From a virus (taxonomy: Duplodnaviria; Caudoviricetes), in IMG/VR virus record IMGVR_UViG_2934384730_000002, positions 23,867 through 87,866 of that record: 64,000 nt of DNA; one strand, written 5' to 3'. A program made the position numbers and the translations under genes. Below the pieces are notes generated by a model. That model ran no database searches. It had not been told where the DNA came from and saw only the letters and a program-made list of their open reading frames with translations. Shown piece after piece: positions 55,312 to 64,000 of the stretch; the first letter of the stretch is position 1, and every line of letters starts with the position of its first letter.

Positions 55312-55529
55312 GACCGCCCCCCGGGCGTGCCCGAACGGTGCTGCACGAGCAGGAACAAGGCGACCGCCGGCCACGCCACGCACGCCGCGGCCATGAACAC
55401 CGCCCCGAACACCGGCGGGACCGTGGCCCGCAGCTCCGTCATGACATCCGAGACGGCAACACCGATGAGGAAAAAGACCACCCCGGCAGCCCAGATCAAC
55501 AGCAGCACCAACGCCACAAGGTCACTCAT
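55308..55529 (-). CDS. Small 2-TM protein
   Basis: MSDLV...W.AG...AWPAV. Confidence 0.6.
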   Translation of the reverse strand: MSDLVALVLLLIWAAGVVFFLIGVAVSDVMTELRATVPPVFGAVFMAAACVAWPAVALFLLVQHRSGTPGGRS

Positions 55530-56232
55530 GGCCGCCCCCGTCCCCGAGGATCGCCGCAGCCGTGCCGGGCAGCGCGGAGGGCACGGTGAGCTGGGTGAGG
55601 ACGACGTCATCGCCCTCCAGCGCGCCGCAGTTCGCCTCCCCCTCCAGCTCCATCCCGGGCAGCTCCGCCGCCTCGACACAGGCAGCGGCGCGGAGCTGGC
55701 CCAGGAGGACGGTCACCGGCGTCTGGTCCGACCAGCCCTCGACCATCACCAGCGCGGTCCGCGTCTCGACGTCTACGGACCGCACCACCACCCGCGTCAC
55801 CGTGCGGCCGCCGGCACGGGCCGCGAGGTAGACGCGGCCCAGCTCCGTCGCCACCAGCCCGAAGTCGACCTCTACCGCCAGGCCGCGGACCTTGAGGGAG
55901 GCGAGGACCTGCCGGTCGAGCAGCGCCGGAGCGTGACCGGCGGCGATGTCGCGCAGAAGGGTCTCCTCCCGGAGCGGGAGGGGCCGCTCGGTCGCGAGGC
56001 GGGTCACACGGACCTGCGCCGCCCGCCACGCGTGCGTGCCCCGCGTCGTCGCCGCCGAGCACGGACAGCCGTGCACGGTCTCCCGGTGCTCCTCCGGCGT
56101 CAGCCCCCGGCACTCGTGCACGCTGACCCGACCGCGCCGGCACAGCTCCGCCGTGCAGCACGAACAGCTCGGGCACTCAGCCTGCTGGGGCCGGACGTAC
56201 TCCGGCCCGAACGTCTCCGTCATCGCTGTCAT
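55522..56232 (-). CDS. Cys-rich hypothetical protein
   Basis: ECPSCSCCTAELC...GCPC. Confidence 0.65.
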   Translation of the reverse strand: MTAMTETFGPEYVRPQQAECPSCSCCTAELCRRGRVSVHECRGLTPEEHRETVHGCPCSAATTRGTHAWRAAQVRVTRLATERPLPLREETLLRDIAAGHAPALLDRQVLASLKVRGLAVEVDFGLVATELGRVYLAARAGGRTVTRVVVRSVDVETRTALVMVEGWSDQTPVTVLLGQLRAAACVEAAELPGMELEGEANCGALEGDDVVLTQLTVPSALPGTAAAILGDGGGHE

Positions 56233-56480
56233 CACTGGTCCCCCGATGTGGTGGTCTTGCAGGACACGCACGTCCGCCCGCCGGTGGCGTGGAGGAAGTG
56301 CGGGGTGGTCCGGCACTCGGCCGGGCAGTGGTCGAAATCCACGGCGTCGTACTCGCCATCCAGGTCCGGCACCGGGCCTGCGGCCTCGGTGCCGGGGCCG
56401 CCCAGGCGGGCGACCAGCAGGACGACGAGGGCGACGCCGACCGCCACCAACAAGGCGGCGGGCAGCGTCTGCTCGCTCAT
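56232..56480 (-). CDS. Small membrane Zn-ribbon protein
   Basis: TM plus CPAE..H...CVSC. Confidence 0.55.
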   Translation of the reverse strand: MSEQTLPAALLVAVGVALVVLLVARLGGPGTEAAGPVPDLDGEYDAVDFDHCPAECRTTPHFLHATGGRTCVSCKTTTSGDQ

Positions 56481-57202
56481 CGCGGGGCACCCCAGCGCGG
56501 CGCCGGGATCACCGGCCAGTCCAGCCGGACGGAGGCGGCAAGGCGCTCCTTGCCGGGCGTGCGGGCGAAGTAGTCGCGTAGTCCCTCGGCCTGCTCCCGT
56601 GCCCACCGCGTCTGGAGGTCGTGCAGCTCGCCGAGTTCGGTGTGGGCGAGCACCTGGTAGCGGGCCGCGAGCTTCCAGACGAGGGCGCAGGCCGCGACCG
56701 CGTCGGCGTCGGCGCTGTGCGCGACCTCCAGCGGCACCACGTAGTGCCGACACAGGTCCGTCAGCGTCCGGCCACCACGCCGGTACCGGTCCAACTGCCG
56801 GTCCAGGACACGAGGGTCCAGCACCACCGGCACACACAGGTCACTCAGCGGCCGGACACCGTAGCGACGTGCCTCCCGGTCCAGCATCGTCAGGTCGAAC
56901 GCGGCGTTCATCGCGACGATCGGGAGGCCCTCGGCGGCGGCCTGAACCAGCGCCGCGGTGATCTCGGTGACGACGTCAGCGGCCGGGCGGCCCGACGCGC
57001 GGGCCGCCTCCGTGGTGACGCCATGCACCGCCGTAGCCCCGGCCGGAATCGGGACCCCGGGGTCAGCGAGCCAGGTCCGTGCCTCGGTGGGCCGGCCGCC
57101 GCCGTAGCGGACGACGCAGCCCGTCACGATCCTGTCCGTCTCCGGGTCGACCCCGGTCGTCTCCAGGTCGAAGCCGACCAGCGGGCGCCGGTTCCAGCTC
57201 AT
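56477..57202 (-). CDS. DnaQ-like DEDDh 3'-5' exonuclease
   Basis: GFDLETTG, MNAAFD, AHSADADA. Confidence 0.9.
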   Translation of the reverse strand: MSWNRRPLVGFDLETTGVDPETDRIVTGCVVRYGGGRPTEARTWLADPGVPIPAGATAVHGVTTEAARASGRPAADVVTEITAALVQAAAEGLPIVAMNAAFDLTMLDREARRYGVRPLSDLCVPVVLDPRVLDRQLDRYRRGGRTLTDLCRHYVVPLEVAHSADADAVAACALVWKLAARYQVLAHTELGELHDLQTRWAREQAEGLRDYFARTPGKERLAASVRLDWPVIPAPRWGAPR

Positions 57203-58224
57203 CGGCGGGCCCCCTTCCGAGACCGGGCCCCGCGCGACTTCCGAGAAGAACGCGTCGGCTGCGTCCGACGGGTCCGCGGGCTCTTACGGGGCAGCGCAGC
57301 GTCGGCGAGCTCCTGGGAGCCCTCGGCCGCCTCATACGCCCGCTCCGCCTCAGCGGCGAGCACGGCGACCTCCGGGTCCGGCGCGTGCACGACCTGCACC
57401 CGCCCCTCATCGCCCGCGTCGTCTGCCGCCAGCAGCGCGACCAGCTCGGCGGACATCGGCACGACCTTGTGCAGCCGCCGCAGCGCGCTCTTGGCCCACA
57501 TCTTGTCGAAGTCGGTGTGCCAGAAGCTGTCGTTCGCCCCGGAGTCCTTGGCCCGCTGGTACGCCGAGCTGTACTCGTCGCGGATCGCCTCGGCGTCCTC
57601 GCGGGACAGGACGATCACCTGGGAGCGGGCGCCCGACGTCATCCAGCAGAAGGCGTAGGCGAGGATCGCCGGGCCCCGGTCCTTCTTCGACAGCTCCACC
57701 CGGGGCTTGTGCGTGAAGTCGAGCGGCGCCGGAGCGGACGGCTCGTAGCTCCACTCGTCGGCCTCGTGGATCATCCCGACGTGCACCGAGCCGACCCGGC
57801 CCGAGCGGTACATCAGCTCGACGTAGCCCTGGGCCATCGGCACGAACACCGCGAGCTTGCCCTCGCGCTTGATCACCGCGTGGCGCCCGTCCGGGATGAG
57901 ACCGAACCTCGCGCAGGTCAGGAGCGCCTGCCGGAGCGACGCCGGCGTGCAGTGGATCAGACCCGGCAAGCAGGCGCGCACGGCGGCCAGGAACACCTTC
58001 ACGTCGATGTGCGACGGCAGCGTCTTCGTGAAGTCGTCGCCGTACCGCTCCAGCCAGGTCAGCACCAGGTCGGCAACGGCGTCGCCCTCGGCCTGCGCCG
58101 ACGTGTGCAGCTGCTCCGGCGTCGACTGCTGCGGGATGCCCGCGAGGGCTTCCACGGTCGCGTCCGGGGCGGGCTTCTCCGTGGTGGCCGCGCGGACGCG
58201 GTCCTTCAGCGTGGACAGAGACAT
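57199..58224 (-). CDS. recT: RecT-family single-strand annealing protein
   Basis: CTPASL..AL...A..GL.PDG, GYVEL.YRSG, W..DFDKMWAKS.LRRL.K. Confidence 0.9.
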   Translation of the reverse strand: MSLSTLKDRVRAATTEKPAPDATVEALAGIPQQSTPEQLHTSAQAEGDAVADLVLTWLERYGDDFTKTLPSHIDVKVFLAAVRACLPGLIHCTPASLRQALLTCARFGLIPDGRHAVIKREGKLAVFVPMAQGYVELMYRSGRVGSVHVGMIHEADEWSYEPSAPAPLDFTHKPRVELSKKDRGPAILAYAFCWMTSGARSQVIVLSREDAEAIRDEYSSAYQRAKDSGANDSFWHTDFDKMWAKSALRRLHKVVPMSAELVALLAADDAGDEGRVQVVHAPDPEVAVLAAEAERAYEAAEGSQELADAALPRKSPRTRRTQPTRSSRKSRGARSRKGARR

Positions 58225-59306
58225 CAGATTCCCTTCGCGGGGATGTGGAGCTTGCGGGCGCGGAACTGCGCGTAGATGTCGGGCTCCTCGGCCTTGAGCC
58301 GGTCGACGTCGAGCGCGGGCGTCATGTGCGTGTACTTCTCGACCAGCTCGGGGTGCGCCTCGGCGAACTTCTTCGAGGCGAAGGTGCCGTTGGCCTTCCA
58401 CGTCCACGCCTGCTTGCCGCTCGCCTTGACGGTCTCGCTCTCGCCGGTGAGCAACTTCATCTCGTTCTCTACGAGGCGAAGTTCTTCCTTGAGGGCCTTC
58501 TCCCGGGCCTTCACCTCGGCGTGCTTAGCGCGCAGCTCCTTGGCCTTCGCCACGTCGATCTCGGCGATGGTCTCGGCCTTCACCGTCCACAGCTTGGCCA
58601 GCAGGTTCGACGTCGCCTCCAGGCCGTCGGGCGGGGGCTCGATCCCCTCGACCACGTGGCGCTGGAACCACTTCCCGCAGTAGTCGACCAGGTACTCGAT
58701 CATTTCCTCGTCGCGCTCCAAGCGGCTCCACCGGAGCTTGTTGCCTCCGACAAGCGCGGACACGAAGCCGTGGTCCCACCCGCCAACGGCCATGCCCCAG
58801 TGGCACTGGATCGCGGGGGCGTCGGGGACAGCCCCGCCCTCCCACTGGTCCGCCTGGTACTCGCTCCGGTTCTTGCACTCCAGCAGCCCCGACGCCGGGC
58901 CCGGCCGCTCGAAGGTGTACCGGTCGACGTTCACCCGCATCCACGGCCAGTCGACGTGCACGAGCGTGCCGGGGGCCTCGGCCGTGGCAACGCCGGACCG
59001 CTTCGAGAAGAGGTGGGCAATGAAGCCCTCGATCTCGCGGCCGACCTCGGCGTACTCGTTGTCCTTGAACGTGGGCCGGCCGTGCTTCTCCTCGAAGACA
59101 TGGCGCGGGCCGGTGTACTTCCCACCCAGGCCGAGAATTCCGGCGACGTCCGACCCGCCGATGCCCTCGCGGCGGACGGCAAGCCACTCTTCGTGGGAGG
59201 CGTCGGCGGGCAGCAGCAGTCGGGCGGTCGGCGCGTCCGCCAGCGGCGGGAGCGCCTGGTCCGCCTGGGAAAGGCCGGCCATAGGAATGCTGTCAATGGT
59301 GGTCAT
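58224..59306 (-). CDS. YqaJ/RecE-like exonuclease
   Basis: WL..RREGIGGSD, NVDR, LLECKN, QCHWGM. Confidence 0.9.
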   Translation of the reverse strand: MTTIDSIPMAGLSQADQALPPLADAPTARLLLPADASHEEWLAVRREGIGGSDVAGILGLGGKYTGPRHVFEEKHGRPTFKDNEYAEVGREIEGFIAHLFSKRSGVATAEAPGTLVHVDWPWMRVNVDRYTFERPGPASGLLECKNRSEYQADQWEGGAVPDAPAIQCHWGMAVGGWDHGFVSALVGGNKLRWSRLERDEEMIEYLVDYCGKWFQRHVVEGIEPPPDGLEATSNLLAKLWTVKAETIAEIDVAKAKELRAKHAEVKAREKALKEELRLVENEMKLLTGESETVKASGKQAWTWKANGTFASKKFAEAHPELVEKYTHMTPALDVDRLKAEEPDIYAQFRARKLHIPAKGI

Positions 59307-59755
59307 GCGGCCTTCTTCCGTCGGGCGGCCTTGCGGGCGACGCGGCAGGCGTCACACGGGCACTTGGCGGGGTGGGTGAGGGCGCGCTCCGCGCGCAGGC
59401 GAGCAAGGGCACCGATCTCGGCAGCCTCGCGGGCAGCAGCGGCATCGGTGTCCCCGTCGGTCGCGAGGACCGGGGTGTCGATACGAGGCGGCGGGGCCGC
59501 AGGGACGGGGCCCTTGCCGGCCACGTACCGGACCCAGACGACGGCGTCCCCCGACCCCGTCAAGAGGGCCTGCGCCTCGAACGCCCCAGCGGGCCGGTAG
59601 GGGCGGAGGGTCGGGTGAGCGGAGCTGATCCGGCGCGCGGTCAGGCCGGCCACGAGCGGCTGGGCGTAGACCCCCGCGGCGATCCACTCGCCTCGCTGAG
59701 CGCGGGCAGCGGCAGCGGCGGCCGCGTGGGCCGTACGGGCTCGGTATCTACTCAC
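59303..59755 (-). CDS. Hypothetical protein
   Basis: YRPAGAFEA...VWVRYV. Confidence 0.6.
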   Translation of the reverse strand: MSRYRARTAHAAAAAAARAQRGEWIAAGVYAQPLVAGLTARRISSAHPTLRPYRPAGAFEAQALLTGSGDAVVWVRYVAGKGPVPAAPPPRIDTPVLATDGDTDAAAAREAAEIGALARLRAERALTHPAKCPCDACRVARKAARRKKAA

Positions 59756-59948
59756 GGGGGCCTCCCTGGCGAGGGATGCCGCCGCTGGGCGCCCGGAGCG
59801 CGCGCCCGGCCGGGTGCCGCATCCGGGCGCACTGGCGGCACCGGCAGATGAGGTCGGGGCGCTCGCGCAGCCAGTGGAAGGCGACGACGGACACGGGCAG
59901 CAACACGGCACAGACGGCCATGGCGCCCAGGAGCACGGTGCTGATCAC
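59748..59948 (-). CDS. Small membrane protein
   Basis: GGAGG RBS; TM plus CRCRQC. Confidence 0.55.
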   Translation of the reverse strand: MISTVLLGAMAVCAVLLPVSVVAFHWLRERPDLICRCRQCARMRHPAGRALRAPSGGIPRQGGPRE

Positions 59949-60084
59949 GCGGTGCCTCCCGCCGTGCAGGGGGCCTTCATGGCCGGCGGGCTAGAGTGGA
60001 GGTGAATCATGCGACCTCGTCTCGGGTTGACGGATTGAGGTTGGAGGGGCTGCTCGGACCCGGCACGGTCCGAGTGGCCCCGAT

Positions 60085-60378
60085 CTATGCGCCCACCCGG
60101 CGCCGCCCCGATGCGGGACGGATACGGGCGAGGGCGGGGGCGGGGGCGGGGGAAGACATCCCCTGCGGGGAGGTGTCCGGTGCGGGCGCGTTAACCGTGA
60201 ACTGCTCCTGAATCAGGGCAAGTTCGCAGTCGCAGAAGGCGACGCTTTCGCCGAGCTTCTGGTGAGGAAGCCGAGCGATCCGGTCTTCCAGGAACCGGCG
60301 CTTGCAGCGGAGTTTCTGGGCGGCCTCGTCGTACGAGTAGTTCCGTACGGTGACGCACCGGCAGTAGGACCGGCTCAC
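60085..60378 (-). CDS. Excisionase-like HTH protein
   Basis: YSYDEAAQKL....RFL......LPHQKLG...F. Confidence 0.7.
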   Translation of the reverse strand: MSRSYCRCVTVRNYSYDEAAQKLRCKRRFLEDRIARLPHQKLGESVAFCDCELALIQEQFTVNAPAPDTSPQGMSSPAPAPALARIRPASGRRRVGA

Positions 60379-60632
60379 CGCGCACCCCCCTCACCGGGGG
60401 GCGCATTTGCGACCAGAACTTCCACGGGGCAATCCAGCACCTCGGCGATCTGCGCAAGGAGCTCCGGCCGGGCGGATCGGTGTCCGGTCGCGAAGTCGTG
60501 CAGGAGCGATTCGCTCACCCCCACGCGCTCCGCGAGCTGGCGCACCGTGATCCCCGCCGACCGGCGGGCGAAGCGCAGCGCCGCCGGGCGGTGGTACAGG
60601 GGGGCGCCGTTGGGGCGCCGTCGGCGACTCAT
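60375..60632 (-). CDS. Cro-like XRE HTH protein
   Basis: LRFARRSAGITVRQLAERVGVSES...TGHRSA...IAEVLDC. Confidence 0.85.
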   Translation of the reverse strand: MSRRRRPNGAPLYHRPAALRFARRSAGITVRQLAERVGVSESLLHDFATGHRSARPELLAQIAEVLDCPVEVLVANAPPGEGGAR

Positions 60633-60791
60633 GATCCCGACGCTAGCGCGCACCTGCGCACAGTGCAAGCTGCTACGCGCTACTGCGCGTCTTGTCGCGC
60701 ATGGCTGAGAACTGCGCGTAATGAGGCGCCTCACCCCCGTAACGGGGGGGCGGTATGGCGAATTAGCGCGCAGTACTGCCAGACTGGCGGC

Positions 60792-61226
60792 ATGCAAACG
60801 CGACCCGAGCCCCCACCGGAGGCCGCACTTATCCGCGCAGCCGCCAAGCGCAATCGCATCAGCGGCCGCAAGGCCGCGAACCTCGCCGGCATCAGCGACG
60901 CCCGGTGGCGCCAGATCGTCACGGGCTACCAGTCCGTTGGCGGCACCTACGTGCCCGTTAAGGCCCCTGCGGACACTCTCGCCCGCATGGCCCAAGCCAC
61001 AGGCGTCACCGCCGACGAGTTGACGAGAGCAGGCCGGGAGGACGCGGCCGCCGAGCTCCGCGAGCTCTCCACGACACCCCCCGCCGCGCAGAGCAACGCC
61101 CAGGTCGAGGCCATCACCGCGCTACTCGCCACCCTGCCGCCCGAAGCTCAGCAAGAGGTTCTGCGCCGCCTACAACGGCACCCCGCCGTCAACCAGACCC
61201 CCGCCGATGAGCGGCGTGCCGGCTAA
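60792..61226 (+). CDS. Immunity repressor (cI-like HTH)
   Basis: ISGRKAANLAGISDARWRQIVTGY; divergent from cro. Confidence 0.8.
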   Translation: MQTRPEPPPEAALIRAAAKRNRISGRKAANLAGISDARWRQIVTGYQSVGGTYVPVKAPADTLARMAQATGVTADELTRAGREDAAAELRELSTTPPAAQSNAQVEAITALLATLPPEAQQEVLRRLQRHPAVNQTPADERRAG

Positions 61227-61339
61227 CCCCACGAGCCACACGAGGACCACGCGTAACGGGATGGTCACGGATTGAACTGATTTCCCTCAAGGCTGCATAG
61301 TCCGATGGAACATCCAAAGACTCGATCTTTGGGGGTTTC

Positions 61340-62182
61340 ATGACGGTAGGGGATGTACTCGTCTGCACGATCCTCGGCGCCGCGGTCCTTGCGATCGTGC
61401 AACTCTGGACCGCCCACCGCAGACACGAGCGCACCATCCGCGATCTTCACGCCGAGCTAACCGCGCAGCGAATCGCAGCCCTGACCGGTCCAGGGCCGCT
61501 CCCCCTCCAGGACGCCGCCGAGGAGCCGCCGGAGCCCGCGCACCGGAAGCGCCATCTGGCCCTGTACATCGGTGGCGGCGCCGTCGCCGCAATCGCCTCT
61601 CTCGGCGGAAAGCTCCGAAGCCTGCTGCGGGGCCACACCGCCGCCGTCGCAGCCTCCACCACCGTCATCGTGGGCACTGCGGCTGCCGCCGCGCTCTACC
61701 TCACCAGCGGAACGGGCACCGCCGCCCGCGAAACCCCCGAAGGCCGCGCGGGGCGGCCCAGCGCCAGCGCCGGCGACACCGGCACCGGCACCGGCAAGCC
61801 CGGCGACAACGATGCCACCGGGCCCGAGGACGAACCGGTCGTCCTCCCCCTCGACGCGGCCGCACCCCGACCGATCAATGAGTCCGCCGGCCCAAGCCCA
61901 ACGCCGAGCGGCACCACGGACCCCGAAGCCGACACGGAGCAGGCCGAGGCCGACGAGGCAGAGCCATCCGCCCCGGCCGACAGCGCGGCGCCCACCTCGG
62001 CACCGCCCGAGGACAAGCCGAGTCCGCCCGCGCTCGAACCGACGTCCTCACCGACGCCTCCCCCGACCGCGACTCAGCCCCCGGAACCCGCGCCCGCCCC
62101 GACCCCGAGCCCGACCACCCCCGCGCCTGACGACGGCCTGTGCATTCGCCTCCCACCGCTCCTCGACCTGTGCCTCTTCTGA
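61340..62182 (+). CDS. Membrane protein with Pro/Thr-rich tail (immunity region)
   Basis: TM segments; C-terminal LCIRLPPLLDLCLF. Confidence 0.7.
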   Translation: MTVGDVLVCTILGAAVLAIVQLWTAHRRHERTIRDLHAELTAQRIAALTGPGPLPLQDAAEEPPEPAHRKRHLALYIGGGAVAAIASLGGKLRSLLRGHTAAVAASTTVIVGTAAAAALYLTSGTGTAARETPEGRAGRPSASAGDTGTGTGKPGDNDATGPEDEPVVLPLDAAAPRPINESAGPSPTPSGTTDPEADTEQAEADEAEPSAPADSAAPTSAPPEDKPSPPALEPTSSPTPPPTATQPPEPAPAPTPSPTTPAPDDGLCIRLPPLLDLCLF

Positions 62183-62186
62183 AACC

Positions 62187-62228
62187 ACAGCGGGCCCCCG
62201 GGATGCCCTTCCCCCGGGGGCCCGCTGT
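62187..62228. terminator. 16-bp-stem hairpin between convergent genes
   Basis: ACAGCGGGCCCCCGGG...CCCGGGGGCCCGCTGT. Confidence 0.75.
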
Positions 62229-62233
62229 CTTCG

Positions 62234-64000
62234 TCAGACCGCCACACCATCCGGGTGGCCGGCGCACAGTCGTAGCGCCTCCGCCCGCGCTTCTGCGTAG
62301 GCGGCCCGCACCGCGTCCAGCTCGACCCCCGACGCCGCTGCTCGGGTCAACGCCGCACCGCCCGGCACCCACTCTGTCCGCCAGGTAGCCGCCTCCGCGG
62401 TAGCTCCCTCCTCCCACTCCCACACCCACCGCCCCTGCGGCTCGTGGACGTCCTCGGCCGAGGTCCGCTCGGTCCCGTCCATGCCGTACAACGCCGGCCC
62501 CAGCGACCACACCCACACCCGCTGCGGCGCCTCACCACGCACTCCCTGCACGCCGTTGCCCTGCTGCCTGATCCACCAGTCCACCGCCCACGTCTCCACC
62601 CGGGCACCCGGGCCCCGGTCGAGCGTCCACTGCTCCACCACCGCCCGCGCCACGCCGCTCTCCCAGAACGCCAGCACCTTCCCGCCCGGCAGCACCACGG
62701 CGTGCACCCTCGACCGGTCCACGCGCTCCACCGGCGCCGGCGCCTCGCTGCCACGCTCGCGCCCCAAACTCCGCTCGATCGTCTCCATGGCCGCGTCGTC
62801 CGCCTCCGGCAGCAGATGCCCGTACGTGTCCGAAGTGGTCTTGATCGACTCGTGGCCCAAACGCCTCTGCACGTACGTCAAGGAGTGCCCGGCAGAGATC
62901 AGGGCCGCGGCATGGGAGTGCCGCAGATCGTGAGGCGTTGGCGCCTTCTCCTGCGGGAGAAGCCCCTCGGCCTTCGCCAGGCGCACCGCACGCTGCCACC
63001 GGTCGTAAAACGTGGAGTAGTGCAGTCGACGCCCCGACTCCCCCGTGAAGTAGAGCCGGTCGGCCGGCTCGCTCTTCCCGCCCAGCTCCTCCACGGCCGC
63101 CATCACGCTCGCCGACACCCGCAGCGTGCGCCGGCCACGCTTCGACTTCGGCGTGCCGAGGTAGTACCCCTTCTTCCCGTCCCGCTTCCACGCCCGCTTG
63201 ACTCGAACCTTCGGGAGGTCGGTCGTCCAGCCGACCAGGCACTCAGGAGCCAGGGCCGTGACCTCCGACCACCGCATGCCGCTGCCGTACTTGATCGTCG
63301 CAAGGAGCTGGTCACTGCGCCGCTTCATGCACGAGATGACGCCCTCCACCTCCTCGGGCGTCAGGAACTCGATGTCGTCGCCATCCTCGGCCCCATCGTC
63401 GTCCGCTCGCGGCAGCCTGGTCTGTTCGCAGGGGTTGCGGAGCCGGAGGGGCGGCTCGGCGGTGACCGCCTCCTGAAGGATGCTCGACAGCAGCCCATGC
63501 AGGTTGCGGATGGTCTTCGGTGACATCTTCCGCCACTTCGGCTCGCCACTCTTCGGGGCCTGGCCCTTGTGCACCTTCGCCTGCTCCAGCACCCGCACCC
63601 ACGCCCGGATGGTGTCGCGGCTGAAGTGCTCCACCGACCGGACGTCGCACTCACCGAAGGTCGGGAACACCCACCGCTCCAGGTCGCGCATACAGGCCAC
63701 CCGGTAGTGCTCCTCGATGCCGGTACGCCCCTCGATCGATGCGGCGGCGTAGGCCCGAAAGCGGTACCTGTCGTCATCAGGGAGGGCGGCGTCCGCCGAA
63801 ATGTACCCCTGCCCCTTGACCCACCCGGGGGGCCACTGCTGCCCCGCGTCGTTGACCGCGTCGCGGAACACCTCCGCGGAGGGTTCGTCCTCGAACGCCT
63901 CGTACTGGGCGGCACCGGCCCGACTGCCCCCCTCGCGCCACCGGACCATGTAGCCGGTGACGTCCCCCGAACGATTTTTACGCGCCTTCACGTATGCCAT
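62234..64000 (-). CDS. int: Tyrosine integrase with C-terminal extension
   Basis: GMRWSE (R), PKS (K), HDLRH, LGHES, TYGH (Y). Confidence 0.93.
   Translation of the reverse strand: MAYVKARKNRSGDVTGYMVRWREGGSRAGAAQYEAFEDEPSAEVFRDAVNDAGQQWPPGWVKGQGYISADAALPDDDRYRFRAYAAASIEGRTGIEEHYRVACMRDLERWVFPTFGECDVRSVEHFSRDTIRAWVRVLEQAKVHKGQAPKSGEPKWRKMSPKTIRNLHGLLSSILQEAVTAEPPLRLRNPCEQTRLPRADDDGAEDGDDIEFLTPEEVEGVISCMKRRSDQLLATIKYGSGMRWSEVTALAPECLVGWTTDLPKVRVKRAWKRDGKKGYYLGTPKSKRGRRTLRVSASVMAAVEELGGKSEPADRLYFTGESGRRLHYSTFYDRWQRAVRLAKAEGLLPQEKAPTPHDLRHSHAAALISAGHSLTYVQRRLGHESIKTTSDTYGHLLPEADDAAMETIERSLGRERGSEAPAPVERVDRSRVHAVVLPGGKVLAFWESGVARAVVEQWTLDRGPGARVETWAVDWWIRQQGNGVQGVRGEAPQRVWVWSLGPALYGMDGTERTSAEDVHEPQGRWVWEWEEGATAEAATWRTEWVPGGAALTRAAASGVELDAVRAAYAEARAEALRLCAGHPDGVAV

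Larger units (their letters stand above)
1..64000. mobile_element. Temperate actinophage/prophage (partial; tail and lysis genes not in window)
   Basis: Integrase, repressor/cro, RecET-like pair, terminase, portal and capsid genes in phage order; many GTGA/ATGA-coupled minus-strand genes. Confidence 0.95.

Noticed and set aside
62187-64000. att site or tRNA target
   Set aside because: No tRNA-like sequence or duplicated core seen; the boundary probably lies beyond 64000.

Overview
High-GC (Streptomyces-like) temperate prophage, cut off on the left inside the structural operon. The window ends at the ATG of the tyrosine integrase. Almost all real genes lie on the minus strand, and most ORFs in the six-frame track are GC-rich shadow frames. 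From right to left: integrase and immunity switch (cI-like/cro-like/xis-like); recombination and replication (YqaJ/RecE, RecT, DnaQ-like exonuclease, RuvC-like resolvase, WhiB, HTH replication initiator with internal iterons, DNA methyltransferase); an accessory block (tandem paralogs, HTH-repeat proteins, repeat-bounded cassettes); a GntR plus plasmid-spread-like membrane module; a second regulon sharing a TGACTTTGCAAAGTCA-type promoter/operator; PP2C phosphatase and NERD nuclease; a 7-deazaguanine DNA-modification cluster (ParB-like, two dpdA-like transglycosylases, queC, queD, queE, folE); terminase; portal; a MuF/2H-phosphoesterase/maturation-protease fusion that carries an HNH endonuclease nested in another frame; hexamer- and pentamer-type capsid proteins; and two Cys-rich repeat proteins that carry different domains inserted at the same loop. 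All family calls come from motif recognition by eye. No database search was run.
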